Below are positions 46,986 to 58,370 of a DNA stretch of 64,000 nucleotides, in pieces. Within the stretch, counting starts at the first letter, position 1. The number at the start of each line of letters is the position of its first letter. A program made the position numbers and the translations under genes. The notes under the pieces are model-generated. The model saw nothing but the letters and a program-made list of their open reading frames with translations, ran no database searches and was not told the origin of the DNA. The DNA is from Candidatus Omnitrophota bacterium (GTDB lineage: Bacteria > Omnitrophota > Gorgyraeia > JAGLLT01): contig DAOVJY010000002.1 in assembly GCA_030632085.1 (NCBI GenBank), forward strand, positions 248,319 to 312,318, read 5' to 3'.

Positions 46986-48566
46986 ATGAAAATACTGGTC
47001 AGCGATCCGTTAGCCAAAGAAGGCATAGAAATTCTAAAAAAAGTTAAGACTTTTCAGGTGGATGAAAAATCTAAATTATCTCCTGAGGAGCTAAAAAAAA
47101 TAATCAAGGATTATGATGCCATTGTTATCAGATCCGGTACAAAGTTAACAAAAGATATAATTGAAAATGCCAACAAGATGAAAGTTATTGGTAGAGCCGG
47201 CGTAGGAGTTGATAATGTTGATGTTGATACTGCCAGCCTAAAAGGCATAGTTGTAATGAACGCTCCCGGAGGTAATACTATTTCTACAGCGGAGCATGCC
47301 TTTAGTCTTCTTTTGGCACTTTTAAGAAATATTCCTCAGGCAAACGCTTCTCTCAAGCAGAATCTCTGGGAGAGAAAAAAATTTATGGGAAGCCAGGTTT
47401 TTGGAAAAACGTTGGGTATTATCGGTATGGGCCGCATAGGAACGGAGTTTGCTAAAAGGGCGATAGCGTTTGGAATGAAGGCAATAGCTTTTGATCCGTA
47501 TCTGTCATTAGAAAAGGCTAAGGAGCTTAATGTAGAAATAGTTACTCTTAAAAAATTATTTTCAGAATCAGATTGCATTACCATACATACCCCTCTTACA
47601 GATGATACCAGGCATCTGATTAGCACGGATGAGTTTAATATGATGAAAAAGGGAGTAAGGATAGTAAATTGTGCTAGAGGCGGTATTGTTGACGAAAAAG
47701 CTTTATTGGAAGCCATTAAAAAAGGTATTGTTGCGGGAGCAGCTCTTGATGTTTTTGAAAAATCACCCCCGGTAAACAATCCTCTCGTTTTATTGGATTG
47801 CGTAGTTGCTACTCCGCATTTAGGCGCATCAACAGAAGAGGCTCAGGTAAGTGTAGCTATTGACATAGCTAAGCAAATTAGAGACGCGCTTTTGGGTAAA
47901 GGATATAAAAACGCTGTTAATTTACCGGCGGTTGATCCGGAAATTCTTGAAATTGTAAAGCCTTACATTGATTTGGCGGAAAAATTAGGTAAATTTCAAA
48001 GTCAAATACTGGATGGCAGAATAAATCAAATCATCATAAAATATAGTGGGGAGATAGCCAAATATACGCTGGCTCCGGTTACTATGGGTTTGGTTAAGGG
48101 GATATTATCCCCCATATTAGAAGAAGATGTTAATTATGTTAATGCCCAGGTTATAGCAAAGAATAGAGGCATTAAGGTAATTGAAAGCAAGCAGGAAGAG
48201 GCTGAAGAGTTTAGCAGTCTTATCAATGTTGAAGTTGTAACCGGTAAGGGTAAGAGTGAAGTAGGCGCTACAATGTTTACCAAGCAGGATCCCAGGATAG
48301 TTAAGGTTAATGATTTTTATGTTGACGCGGTTCCATCCGGTTATATGATGCTAACCAGGCATAAAGATGTGGCGGGTATGATTGGTCAAATTGGAACAAT
48401 ATTGGGTAAGAATAAGATAAATATCGCAGCTATGGCTGTAGGTAGAAAGAAAAAAGGCGGCGAAGCTATTACTGTTTTAAACATTGATGCTGCCGTAAAT
48501 GATAAGGTTATAAAAGAACTTAAATCCGCCAAGAACATTAAAGATGTGAAGTTAATAAAACTTTAA
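46986..48566 (+). CDS. serA: D-3-phosphoglycerate dehydrogenase
   Basis: GRAGVGVDN, GMGRIG, TPHLGAST, ASB and ACT domains. Confidence 0.96.
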   Translation: MKILVSDPLAKEGIEILKKVKTFQVDEKSKLSPEELKKIIKDYDAIVIRSGTKLTKDIIENANKMKVIGRAGVGVDNVDVDTASLKGIVVMNAPGGNTISTAEHAFSLLLALLRNIPQANASLKQNLWERKKFMGSQVFGKTLGIIGMGRIGTEFAKRAIAFGMKAIAFDPYLSLEKAKELNVEIVTLKKLFSESDCITIHTPLTDDTRHLISTDEFNMMKKGVRIVNCARGGIVDEKALLEAIKKGIVAGAALDVFEKSPPVNNPLVLLDCVVATPHLGASTEEAQVSVAIDIAKQIRDALLGKGYKNAVNLPAVDPEILEIVKPYIDLAEKLGKFQSQILDGRINQIIIKYSGEIAKYTLAPVTMGLVKGILSPILEEDVNYVNAQVIAKNRGIKVIESKQEEAEEFSSLINVEVVTGKGKSEVGATMFTKQDPRIVKVNDFYVDAVPSGYMMLTRHKDVAGMIGQIGTILGKNKINIAAMAVGRKKKGGEAITVLNIDAAVNDKVIKELKSAKNIKDVKLIKL

Positions 48567-48620
48567 GGCTCTTTTGGTGTTTAGTATTATTTCTTTTGCA
48601 ATCTCAAAGAGGAGAAGCGA

Positions 48621-49865
48621 ATGGCTAAGAAAAGCAAAAATGTTATAAGAATAATTGATGTTACCAATAGAGATGGTGTGCAGACAGCTCGTTTAGGATT
48701 GGCAAAACTTCAAAAAACAATAGTAAATATTTTACTAAATGATGCGGGTGTATACCAGAGTGAATTTGGTTTTCCTGTTACGCGTCATGAGACAAATTAT
48801 ATTAATGCCAATCTTGAGTTATCAAAGTTGGGTGTTATAAAACCCATGGTGCTTGAGGGCTGGATCAGGGCGATTCCGCAAGATGTTGAAGAGGCTGTTA
48901 AATTAACTAATGTCAAACATTTAAATATTTCTATTTCAACATCAAATCAGATGATTAAAGGTAAGTTTGGCGGCAGAAAGAATAAAGATGACATTATTAA
49001 GTTAATGATAGCAGCTTTAAGAAAAGCTAAAGAAAAAGGCATTAAAACCGTAGGTGTCAACTCGGAAGATGCCTCTCGTACAAATATGAACTATCTAATT
49101 AAGTTTGCTAAAGCCGCCAGAGATAATGGCGCGGACAGAATAAGGTATTGCGATACTTTGGGCTTTGATAACCCGATGTCTATTTATGGCAGAATTTCTG
49201 ATTTAGCTGCCGATGTTGGTTTGCCGGTAGAAATCCACTGTCATAATGATTTGGGTATGGTTATAGGTAATTCAGTTATTGGTGCTAAAGCCGCTATTGA
49301 TAATGGAGTTGATGCTTATATTAATACAACTATTAATGGTATGGGTGAAAGAGCGGGCAATGCGGACCTCGTATCCGTTATACTAGCACTAAAATATTCG
49401 AAGGATTTAGGTAAAGAAAATCTTCTGGATAATAAAATTAAATTAGATATGGCCTGGAAAATATCTAAATATGCTTCCTATGCCTTCGGAGTTCCAGTAC
49501 CTATTAACCAGCCGGGAGTTGGATCTAATGCTTTTGCTCATGAGTCAGGCATACATGCTGATGGCGCATTAAAGGATAGGCGCAATTATGAGTTGTATGA
49601 TTTTGAAGATCTCGGAAGAGGCGAACCGGATGTTATTGATACAGGCCGTAAGATTACGGCTGGCGAATATAGCGGTATTAAAGGCTTCAGAAACGTATAT
49701 CAAAGATTAGCTATCAAGTTCAAAAATGATATTGAGGCAAGGCAAATATTGGAACTAGTCAGATATGCGAATGTTCAAACCCAGAAGCCGTTAGTAGAGG
49801 ATGAGCTAAAATTTATTGCCGCGTATCCTAAAATCGCCAAGAAAATATTAACAATTACACCGTAA
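48621..49865 (+). CDS. DRE-TIM homocitrate synthase-like enzyme, probable Re-citrate synthase
   Basis: DVTNRDGVQ, EDASR, HCHND, GERAGN, HESGIH. Confidence 0.75.
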   Translation: MAKKSKNVIRIIDVTNRDGVQTARLGLAKLQKTIVNILLNDAGVYQSEFGFPVTRHETNYINANLELSKLGVIKPMVLEGWIRAIPQDVEEAVKLTNVKHLNISISTSNQMIKGKFGGRKNKDDIIKLMIAALRKAKEKGIKTVGVNSEDASRTNMNYLIKFAKAARDNGADRIRYCDTLGFDNPMSIYGRISDLAADVGLPVEIHCHNDLGMVIGNSVIGAKAAIDNGVDAYINTTINGMGERAGNADLVSVILALKYSKDLGKENLLDNKIKLDMAWKISKYASYAFGVPVPINQPGVGSNAFAHESGIHADGALKDRRNYELYDFEDLGRGEPDVIDTGRKITAGEYSGIKGFRNVYQRLAIKFKNDIEARQILELVRYANVQTQKPLVEDELKFIAAYPKIAKKILTITP

Positions 49866-49955
49866 AAATTTTATTAAGCTAATCTCTATAATTTTAAAGA
49901 TATCTAACTTATTTTTATGGTATAATAAAACAGATTTAATGAGTTGCGTATCTAA

Positions 49956-51314
49956 ATGGGCAGGAATTTATATTCTGCAATTAAGGAGGGTAATATGTTA
50001 AACAGACTATCGAGTTTAATTCTGGCTATACTCATTTTGTTGTCTATGGCCGGTGAAGCCGCGGCTAGGAGTTCTGTTTTAGAAAGTGTTACATATAAGA
50101 CAGAGGAGAACAGATCGGCAATTACCTTTTTATATAATCAGCCAACAAAAATGGTTTTTTATACCATAGGCAATCCTCCTCAAATAGTGGCTGATATCGT
50201 CGGAAACGCTTTTGCTCAGGCAGCCAATGTCCCAACAGAAATTATAGTAAATGGCGTTGAAGTAAAAAGCATTATACCTTTCGTAGATCCTTCCCTGGGT
50301 GATGCTTATTTTTATGGAATTGATTTCTTGGTAATTCATCTGAAGGAGAAAGTGGCCTATACACAGGTAAAGCATAAAAAAGGATATACGCTTTATATCG
50401 CTAATTCTCCGAGCCAGGAGATTGCTGATATAAGGCCGCAATTTAAAAAAGAAGTAAAAAAAGAAAAAATTAAAACAGCCCCATCAACATCTCCAATAAC
50501 TCCAGATAGAACCCAAATAGCAGCGGCTGAAAAAGTAAAAGCTGAACCTATGCCGGAAGTTAATATTGAAAGTCAAGCTATAGCTGCCGCTATTAATGCC
50601 GAACCTGGAGCAACCGAAGATAAGCCGGAAACGGCCCTCGAGTTTAAACCAAAGAAAATAGACCTTAAAAGTAAAAAAGTTTATGATGATTCTGACGATT
50701 CTGTAATCTTGGATACTAATATAAGCTTTGGTAAAGGCGATAGCGATTTTAAAGATGAAAGGCCAATTAAAAGAGAAAAAAAATCTAAGGCTAAAGTAAA
50801 AAAGAAGACAGCCGGGGAAACTGCTGAGAGAACAATTAAGTCCGATATTCCTTCAGATAAAGAAGTAAGGAGTGCGGGGGTTGAATTGGAGCCTAAGAAT
50901 GTCGCTGCTATAACTCCAGCGGCACACACTGAAAAATTACGCTTAGCTATGCAATGGCGCCAGATTGGATACAGTCATCAAAAAAACAAGGAGTATGATA
51001 AAGCCCTTAAATCTTATAATAAAGCTGTTGAACTGCACCCTAATTATGCCTGCATACATAACGATTTAGGTATTATATATTTTCATCTTGGGGTTTACGA
51101 TAAAGCGATAGTAGAATTTCAGAAAGCAATCAAATTAGATAATGAATATTTAGCTTCTTACAGTAATTTAGCTACGGTTTATGAGCAGATTGGCGATAAT
51201 AAAAAGGCAATTGAATATTGGCGGAAAAGAGTTGCTGCGTCAAAATCTAATGATGTTTGGACTCAAAAAGCAAAACAAAAGATAGAAGAATTAGAGAGAA
51301 AAGGCGATAAATAA
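49956..51314 (+). CDS. Exported TPR protein with AMIN-like N-domain and low-complexity linker
   Basis: Signal peptide after ATG 49995 (RBS AGGAGG); three C-terminal TPRs. Confidence 0.75.
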   Translation: MGRNLYSAIKEGNMLNRLSSLILAILILLSMAGEAAARSSVLESVTYKTEENRSAITFLYNQPTKMVFYTIGNPPQIVADIVGNAFAQAANVPTEIIVNGVEVKSIIPFVDPSLGDAYFYGIDFLVIHLKEKVAYTQVKHKKGYTLYIANSPSQEIADIRPQFKKEVKKEKIKTAPSTSPITPDRTQIAAAEKVKAEPMPEVNIESQAIAAAINAEPGATEDKPETALEFKPKKIDLKSKKVYDDSDDSVILDTNISFGKGDSDFKDERPIKREKKSKAKVKKKTAGETAERTIKSDIPSDKEVRSAGVELEPKNVAAITPAAHTEKLRLAMQWRQIGYSHQKNKEYDKALKSYNKAVELHPNYACIHNDLGIIYFHLGVYDKAIVEFQKAIKLDNEYLASYSNLATVYEQIGDNKKAIEYWRKRVAASKSNDVWTQKAKQKIEELERKGDK

Positions 51315-51367
51315 AATCTATATTGATTGGCAGGGGTAAGTTTTGCTCCTGCCTTCGGTATGTTTAA

Positions 51368-52687
<1,320 letters not shown>

Positions 52688-52688
52688 G

Positions 52689-54887
52689 TTGATGATTCTT
52701 GATAACATGTGGTATTTAATAATACCTGTCGCAGTTTGCCTTTTGGGTCTGGTGGTCGCGAAAATTCTAGCTTCTTTTGTTATGAGGCAAGATAAGGGTA
52801 ATGAAAATATGACCGAGGTTCATGGCTATATCCGGTCTGGCTCTATGATGTTTATGTTTGAGGAGGCCAGGGTAATGCTCGCGGCTTTAGTGATAATAGC
52901 CGCGGTTTTATGGGCCATATGGGATTGGCAGATAGCTATCAGTTTTACCATAGGAACTTTTTGTTCCGGCTTGGCAGGCTTTATAGGTATGAATATGGCT
53001 ACAAATGCTAATGTGAGAACCGCCCAGGCTGCTAGCGGAGGTTTCTCGAAAGCTTTAAAGGTGGCTTTTTCAGGCGGAGCTGTTATGGGAATTTCTGTTG
53101 GTTCTATTGCCTTACTGGGGTTATGCTTTGTAATCTGGATATTTAGATCTCAATTTATAGCTGATAATCTTGGTATTGAAAGTATCAGAGTTCCATTAAT
53201 AAGCGATATGCTCGGCGGTCGGGAAATAAACTTTATTAAAGGTGCTCTTATTATTAGCGCCTATTCAATGGGTGCTTCCCTGGTGGCTCTCTTTGATAGG
53301 GTTGGCGGTGGGATTTATACAAAAGCCGCCGATATGGCAGCCGATATGGTGGGGAAGGTTGAGGAGAGTATTCCGGAGGATGATGCTAGAAATCCCGCGA
53401 CTATTGCTGATAACGTTGGAGATAATGTAGGTGATGTTGGTGGTTTGGGGGCGGATTTATTAGAGTCTTTTGTGGGTGCAATCATTTCAGTTATTGTAAT
53501 AACGCTTTATATTTATGTAGGTAGGTCTAATCCTGATATAACAAGCGGTATATTAAGTAAGCTTGGCCTAGGTGATTTATCGGCCGCTAATTTCGCGGGA
53601 GCTTTGTATTTACCAATTCTTTTAGTTGCCGGAGGTATAATCGCGTCTCTGGCAGGAATTCTTTTTGTAACCTTATCTAAAAGTGAAAATGCTCACGCTA
53701 CTTTAATGAATGGCACCAGATTAAGTGCCTTATTAACTGCCGGTTTCGCTTATTTCGTTGTAAGTAAATTAAGTCCTTTTAATCTAGTGCCGTTCTGGTC
53801 TGTGCTAATTGGACTTGGTTCAGGAATTCTTATAGGGTTTACCAGCGAATATTTTACTTCCTATCAATTTAAGCCGGTTAAAAAATTGGCTGAAACATGC
53901 CAGGGGGGTGCCGGTGTTACTGTAGCTGCCGGGTTAGGATTAGGTATGAAATCTTCATTTTTCCCGGTGTTAATTATCACTGCGGCTACAATTTTTTCTT
54001 ATCAGCTTGGAGGATTGGTTGCTATTACGTATACGGCTTTGGGTATGCTTTCCTTTGTAGTTATGACAGTTTCCGTAGATACTTATGGTCCTATTGCTGA
54101 TAATGCCGGCGGTATTAGCCAGATGGCAAATTTGCCTGCTAAAGTGAGAGAGGTTACCGATGAATTGGATTCAATTGGTAATACGACTGCGGCTATAGGA
54201 AAAGGATTTGCTATTGGTTCAGCAGCGTTCGCGTCTTTAGGCTTAATAGCAGCGTATCTCTGGTCAGCTATCGGTAGTGCTCAGGAGATTAATCTGCCAA
54301 ATATTCAGCTTTTAAGCCCGGAGGTCGGGGCTTATGTTATCGCGGGTCTTTTGTTAGGTGCCATGGTTCCGTACGTATTTTCATCTTTGCTAATTGAATC
54401 GGTAAGTGAGACGGCCGATAAGATGATTATTGAAGTCAGAAGACAGTTTAAAGAAAATCCGGGTATTTTAAAAGGTGAAGTAATTCCTGATTATAATAAA
54501 TGTATTGCTATTTCATCAAGTCATAGTTTGAAAAAAATGGTTTTCCCGGCATTGATTGCTGTCATTACACCTTTATTGATAGGGATGCTTTTGGGTCGTG
54601 TAGCATTAGCCGGTTTCTTATTTGGGTCTCTCTTGTCAGCCCTTCTTTTGGCCTTATTGTGTGCCAATACGGGAGGAGCTCTTGATAATGCTAAGAAATA
54701 TATTGAGACAGGAAAGTTTGGCGGTAAAGGCTCAAAGGCTCATGCGGCTAGTGTTGCTGGAGATACATTCGGAGATCCTTTAAAAGATACGGTAGGGCCT
54801 TCTTTGGATATTCTGATTAAACTTATGTCAGTTGTTTCGTTATTATTTGCTTCATTATTTCCGATAGCGCCGATATTTATGAAGTGA
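52689..54887 (+). CDS. hppA: Membrane-bound ion-translocating pyrophosphatase, K+-dependent type
   Basis: GGGIYTKAAD, DNVGDNVGD, GNTTAA (Ala at the K+-dependence site), GDPLKDT. Confidence 0.93.
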   Translation: MMILDNMWYLIIPVAVCLLGLVVAKILASFVMRQDKGNENMTEVHGYIRSGSMMFMFEEARVMLAALVIIAAVLWAIWDWQIAISFTIGTFCSGLAGFIGMNMATNANVRTAQAASGGFSKALKVAFSGGAVMGISVGSIALLGLCFVIWIFRSQFIADNLGIESIRVPLISDMLGGREINFIKGALIISAYSMGASLVALFDRVGGGIYTKAADMAADMVGKVEESIPEDDARNPATIADNVGDNVGDVGGLGADLLESFVGAIISVIVITLYIYVGRSNPDITSGILSKLGLGDLSAANFAGALYLPILLVAGGIIASLAGILFVTLSKSENAHATLMNGTRLSALLTAGFAYFVVSKLSPFNLVPFWSVLIGLGSGILIGFTSEYFTSYQFKPVKKLAETCQGGAGVTVAAGLGLGMKSSFFPVLIITAATIFSYQLGGLVAITYTALGMLSFVVMTVSVDTYGPIADNAGGISQMANLPAKVREVTDELDSIGNTTAAIGKGFAIGSAAFASLGLIAAYLWSAIGSAQEINLPNIQLLSPEVGAYVIAGLLLGAMVPYVFSSLLIESVSETADKMIIEVRRQFKENPGILKGEVIPDYNKCIAISSSHSLKKMVFPALIAVITPLLIGMLLGRVALAGFLFGSLLSALLLALLCANTGGALDNAKKYIETGKFGGKGSKAHAASVAGDTFGDPLKDTVGPSLDILIKLMSVVSLLFASLFPIAPIFMK

Positions 54888-54910
54888 ATTTAATAATTTG
54901 TCTTGATAGG

Positions 54911-54939
54911 TTGACACCTTATGTAAATTCTGTTATTAT
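54911..54939 (+). promoter_or_regulatory. sigma70-type promoter
   Basis: TTGACA-17bp-TATTAT. Confidence 0.65.
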
Positions 54940-54966
54940 AGTTACAGAAAAGTAAGGGGTGAAGAT

Positions 54967-55617
54967 ATGGAAAAAAGCATGAAGAAGTTTGGTTTTTATT
55001 TTGTGTCGGCAATCATGATGATGCTCTTAACTGGTTGTGCTATTGGTGTGCATAAGAGAAGCCCCCAGGATGTTAAGACAATCAAAAGCTTAAGTCAGCA
55101 ATTAGAAGAATTGAGACGCACTAAAGCTGAGCTGGAAAGGCAGTTGCAAAAAGAAATTGCCCGGGGAGATGTTAGTATAACTATGGGTAAGCGCGGCTTA
55201 GTTGTTACGGTAGTCGCGGAGGTGCTTTTCGATTCAGGCAAAGCCAAGGTAAAACCTCAAGGGCAAACGGTTCTTAATAAAGTAGCTAATGTTTTAGGGC
55301 CATTGAGTGAGGATATTGCCATTGAAGGACACACGGATAATGTGCCTATTAAGTTTTCTCGTTGGAAATCTAATTGGGAACTTTCAACTCAAAGAGCGTT
55401 AAATGTATTGCATTATTTTGAAGATGATAAAGGTGTAAATCCTCAGAGATTGTCAGCTACGGGATATGGACCGTATCATCCGGTTGCATCTAATGATACC
55501 CCTGAAGGTAAGCAGATGAATAGAAGAGTTGAAATTATAATTCTTCCCAATGATGGCTTGACGGCACCAATAGGGTCAGGTTCAGCGTCTGATGATTATG
55601 ATCAATTCATAAAGTAA
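54967..55617 (+). CDS. OmpA/MotB-family peptidoglycan-binding lipoprotein
   Basis: Lipobox LTGC, IEGHTD, NWELSTQRA, NRRVEI. Confidence 0.88.
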   Translation: MEKSMKKFGFYFVSAIMMMLLTGCAIGVHKRSPQDVKTIKSLSQQLEELRRTKAELERQLQKEIARGDVSITMGKRGLVVTVVAEVLFDSGKAKVKPQGQTVLNKVANVLGPLSEDIAIEGHTDNVPIKFSRWKSNWELSTQRALNVLHYFEDDKGVNPQRLSATGYGPYHPVASNDTPEGKQMNRRVEIIILPNDGLTAPIGSGSASDDYDQFIK

Positions 55618-55646
55618 TTTACCAAAGATAAATAGAGGTTAACATC

Positions 55647-55676
55647 GGGGGATATGATTAATATCCCCCCTTTTTT
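55647..55676 (+). terminator. Rho-independent terminator-like hairpin
   Basis: GGGGGATAT/ATATCCCCC stem plus T6. Confidence 0.6.
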
Positions 55677-55682
55677 CATAAA

Positions 55683-56393
55683 ATGCAGGACAATATAAGA
55701 ACTCCCCAACATATAGCTATAATTATGGACGGTAATGGCCGGTGGGCTGCCCGAAAAGGGTTACCTCGGATAATGGGCCATAAGGCCGGTGTTGAAACTG
55801 TCGAAAAGATAATTGACGCGGTATTAGAATTCGGCGTAAGGTATTTGACATTGTATGTTTTCTCTTACGAAAACTGGAAACGCCCTAAGGCGGAAGTGAA
55901 TGCTTTAATGGGTTATTTGAAGACGTATCTTGCTAAAGCTGATAAAGAATTTAATAAAAAGGGAGTACGTTTACTGGCTATAGGTGAGCTTAGCATGCTT
56001 CCTGATGATGTTGCTCAAAGGCTTCAGCAAACCATTGAGAACACAAAAGATAATTCTAATATGACTGTGGTATTGGCTTTAAGTTATGGCAGTAGGCAGG
56101 AGATAGTTCAAGCCGCAAAGAATATAGCTCAAGATGTCAAAAACAAAAAGATTAATTTAAGTAGCATTAATGAAGATTTTTTTAGCAAATATTTATATAC
56201 CTCGCAAATACCTGACCCGGATATATTAATCAGAACTTCTTATGAGCTAAGATTAAGCAACTTTCTTTTATGGCAATTATCTTACGCGGAGTTCTATTTT
56301 AGTAAAAAGATGTGGCCGGATTTTACAAAAGAAGATTTGCTTGAAGTTATTTCTGATTTTCAGAAAAGAAAAAGAAGATATGGTAATGTCTAA
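55683..56393 (+). CDS. uppS: Undecaprenyl diphosphate synthase
   Basis: HIAIIMDGNGRWA, FSYENWKRP, RLSNFLLWQ. Confidence 0.96.
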   Translation: MQDNIRTPQHIAIIMDGNGRWAARKGLPRIMGHKAGVETVEKIIDAVLEFGVRYLTLYVFSYENWKRPKAEVNALMGYLKTYLAKADKEFNKKGVRLLAIGELSMLPDDVAQRLQQTIENTKDNSNMTVVLALSYGSRQEIVQAAKNIAQDVKNKKINLSSINEDFFSKYLYTSQIPDPDILIRTSYELRLSNFLLWQLSYAEFYFSKKMWPDFTKEDLLEVISDFQKRKRRYGNV

Positions 56394-57186
56394 AGTTTTA
56401 GTTAAAAGAATTCTCTTAAATGTTATCCTTGTCGTAATGACATTGGTTTCAATATTTGTTTGTCCTTCCTGGATTTTTATGATTTGGTTAATGTTATTTA
56501 TTGGTCTTGGCTTAAATGAACTTTTTGACATGATACTTAAAAAAGGCGTACCTGTTTACAAAAAAACAGGTATTTTTATGGGGCTGGTTATTCCGCTTAT
56601 CATATTAAATCCGGCAGAAGAATTGGTTTTAGTTTTTTTATTACTGGCTTTTATACTGTTCTTTGCTTTGCAATTTTTTAAAAAGAACCATATGGACGCA
56701 ATTTTAGGTATTTCCACTACGGTTTTTGGAGTTATTTATGTAAGTTGGTTAGCTAGCTATCTTTTGAAAATTAGACAATTCGACCAGGGAAGTCTTTTAG
56801 TCTTGTTTACCATTTTGGTTTGTAAGGCATCTGATGCCGGAGCCTTTTTTATAGGAAAAAATTTTGGCAGGCATAAACTCTTAAAAGAAATTAGTCCCAA
56901 TAAATCCATTGAAGGCGCAATCGGAGGATTTTGTTTTAGTATCTTAGCTGCTTTTTTAAGCAAGATATACCTTACTCGGATATCTGTACACCATCTTTTA
57001 GTCTTGGGTGTCTTAGTTGGTTTAGCCGCGCAGCTGGGAGATTTGTCAGAATCTCTTATTAAGCGCGATTGCGCGGTGAAAGATTCGGGCAATTTGATAC
57101 CCGGTCAAGGCGGCGTGCTGGATACGTTAGACAGCATCCTTTTTTCAGCTCCGATAGTATATTTGTACCTCAAATACATTTTATAG
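56380..57186 (+). CDS. cdsA: Phosphatidate cytidylyltransferase
   Basis: ISPNKSIEG, GDLSESLIKR..KDSG..PGQGGVLD. Confidence 0.94.
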   Translation: MVMSKVLVKRILLNVILVVMTLVSIFVCPSWIFMIWLMLFIGLGLNELFDMILKKGVPVYKKTGIFMGLVIPLIILNPAEELVLVFLLLAFILFFALQFFKKNHMDAILGISTTVFGVIYVSWLASYLLKIRQFDQGSLLVLFTILVCKASDAGAFFIGKNFGRHKLLKEISPNKSIEGAIGGFCFSILAAFLSKIYLTRISVHHLLVLGVLVGLAAQLGDLSESLIKRDCAVKDSGNLIPGQGGVLDTLDSILFSAPIVYLYLKYIL

Positions 57187-57197
57187 AAAAGATTAGT

Positions 57198-58370
57198 ATG
57201 AATAAAACAAAAAAAGTTGCCATATTCGGTTCAACCGGTTCAATTGGAAAGAGCGCCCTTGATGTTCTTAAGCGATTCAAGGATGATTTTGAAATAAAGG
57301 CGCTTGTAGCTTGCAAACAGTCTAAAAAATTTCTTAGGCAGATAAAAGAATATAAGCCTGATTATGCTGTTATGGCAGATATGAAAGCCGCGGATGAAAT
57401 AAAAAACAGTGTTGGCAAAATAAAAACGGAATTTAGCGCAGGCAACAAAGCTGTTATTGATTTAGCGAAAAGAAAAGACATTGATATAATTATCATGGCT
57501 ATATCCGGCGCTTCAGCCCTTTTGCCATTAATTGAGGCAATAAAGTCTTCAAAGACAATAGCCTTAGCTAATAAGGAATCTCTGGTTATGGCCGGTAAAA
57601 TAGTTATGAATTTAGCTCAAAAACATAAGGCGACTATTATTCCTGTGGATTCTGAGCACAGTGCTATATTCCAATGTCTTGAAGGTAAAAAGTATAAACC
57701 CGCGAGGATATACTTAACGGGTTCTGGTGGGCCATTAATAAAAACGCCCAAAAGTAAATTACGAAATATTACTCCAAAAGAGGCGCTGAATCATCCCAAG
57801 TGGTCTATGGGTAAAAAAATTACTATTGATTCCGCAACTTTAATGAATAAGGGTTTAGAGGTAATAGAAGCTATGCATTTATTTAGTATGCCCCTAGATA
57901 AAATTAAGGTTTTAATTCATCCGGAGGCGATTATTCATTCAATGGTGGAATTTTCAGACGGGAGTATTCTTGCGCAATTGGCAAGTCCCGACATGAAGCT
58001 TCCCATAGAATATGCTCTTTCGTACCCCGAGAGACTTAAAGCTGTGGCCCAAAGAGTTGATTTTATAAAAAATAATAAAATAACATTTTTGGAAGCTGAT
58101 ATTAGTAAATTTCCTTGCTTGAAATTAGCTTATCAAGCAGCCAAGAAAGGATATACCTATCCCATCGTTTTAAACGCGGCTAATGAGGTTGCCGTTTGGG
58201 CTTTTTTAGATAAAAAAATTAAGTTTACTGATATACCTTTAGTAATTAAAAAAATAATGAAGAAACATAAACCACTAAAGAAGTACAATCTTAAAGATAT
58301 ACTCTCAGTTGATAATCAAGCACGATTAGATGCCCAAAAAATAATAGAAAGGTTAAATTCAAGATGTTAG
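57198..58370 (+). CDS. dxr: 1-deoxy-D-xylulose 5-phosphate reductoisomerase
   Basis: GSTGSIG, LANKESL, PVDSEH, HPKWSMG, NKGLE. Confidence 0.96.
   Translation: MNKTKKVAIFGSTGSIGKSALDVLKRFKDDFEIKALVACKQSKKFLRQIKEYKPDYAVMADMKAADEIKNSVGKIKTEFSAGNKAVIDLAKRKDIDIIIMAISGASALLPLIEAIKSSKTIALANKESLVMAGKIVMNLAQKHKATIIPVDSEHSAIFQCLEGKKYKPARIYLTGSGGPLIKTPKSKLRNITPKEALNHPKWSMGKKITIDSATLMNKGLEVIEAMHLFSMPLDKIKVLIHPEAIIHSMVEFSDGSILAQLASPDMKLPIEYALSYPERLKAVAQRVDFIKNNKITFLEADISKFPCLKLAYQAAKKGYTYPIVLNAANEVAVWAFLDKKIKFTDIPLVIKKIMKKHKPLKKYNLKDILSVDNQARLDAQKIIERLNSRC

Noticed and set aside
54967-55617. Flagellar stator MotB
   Set aside because: Has a lipobox rather than the Asp-bearing TM helix, and no motA is adjacent
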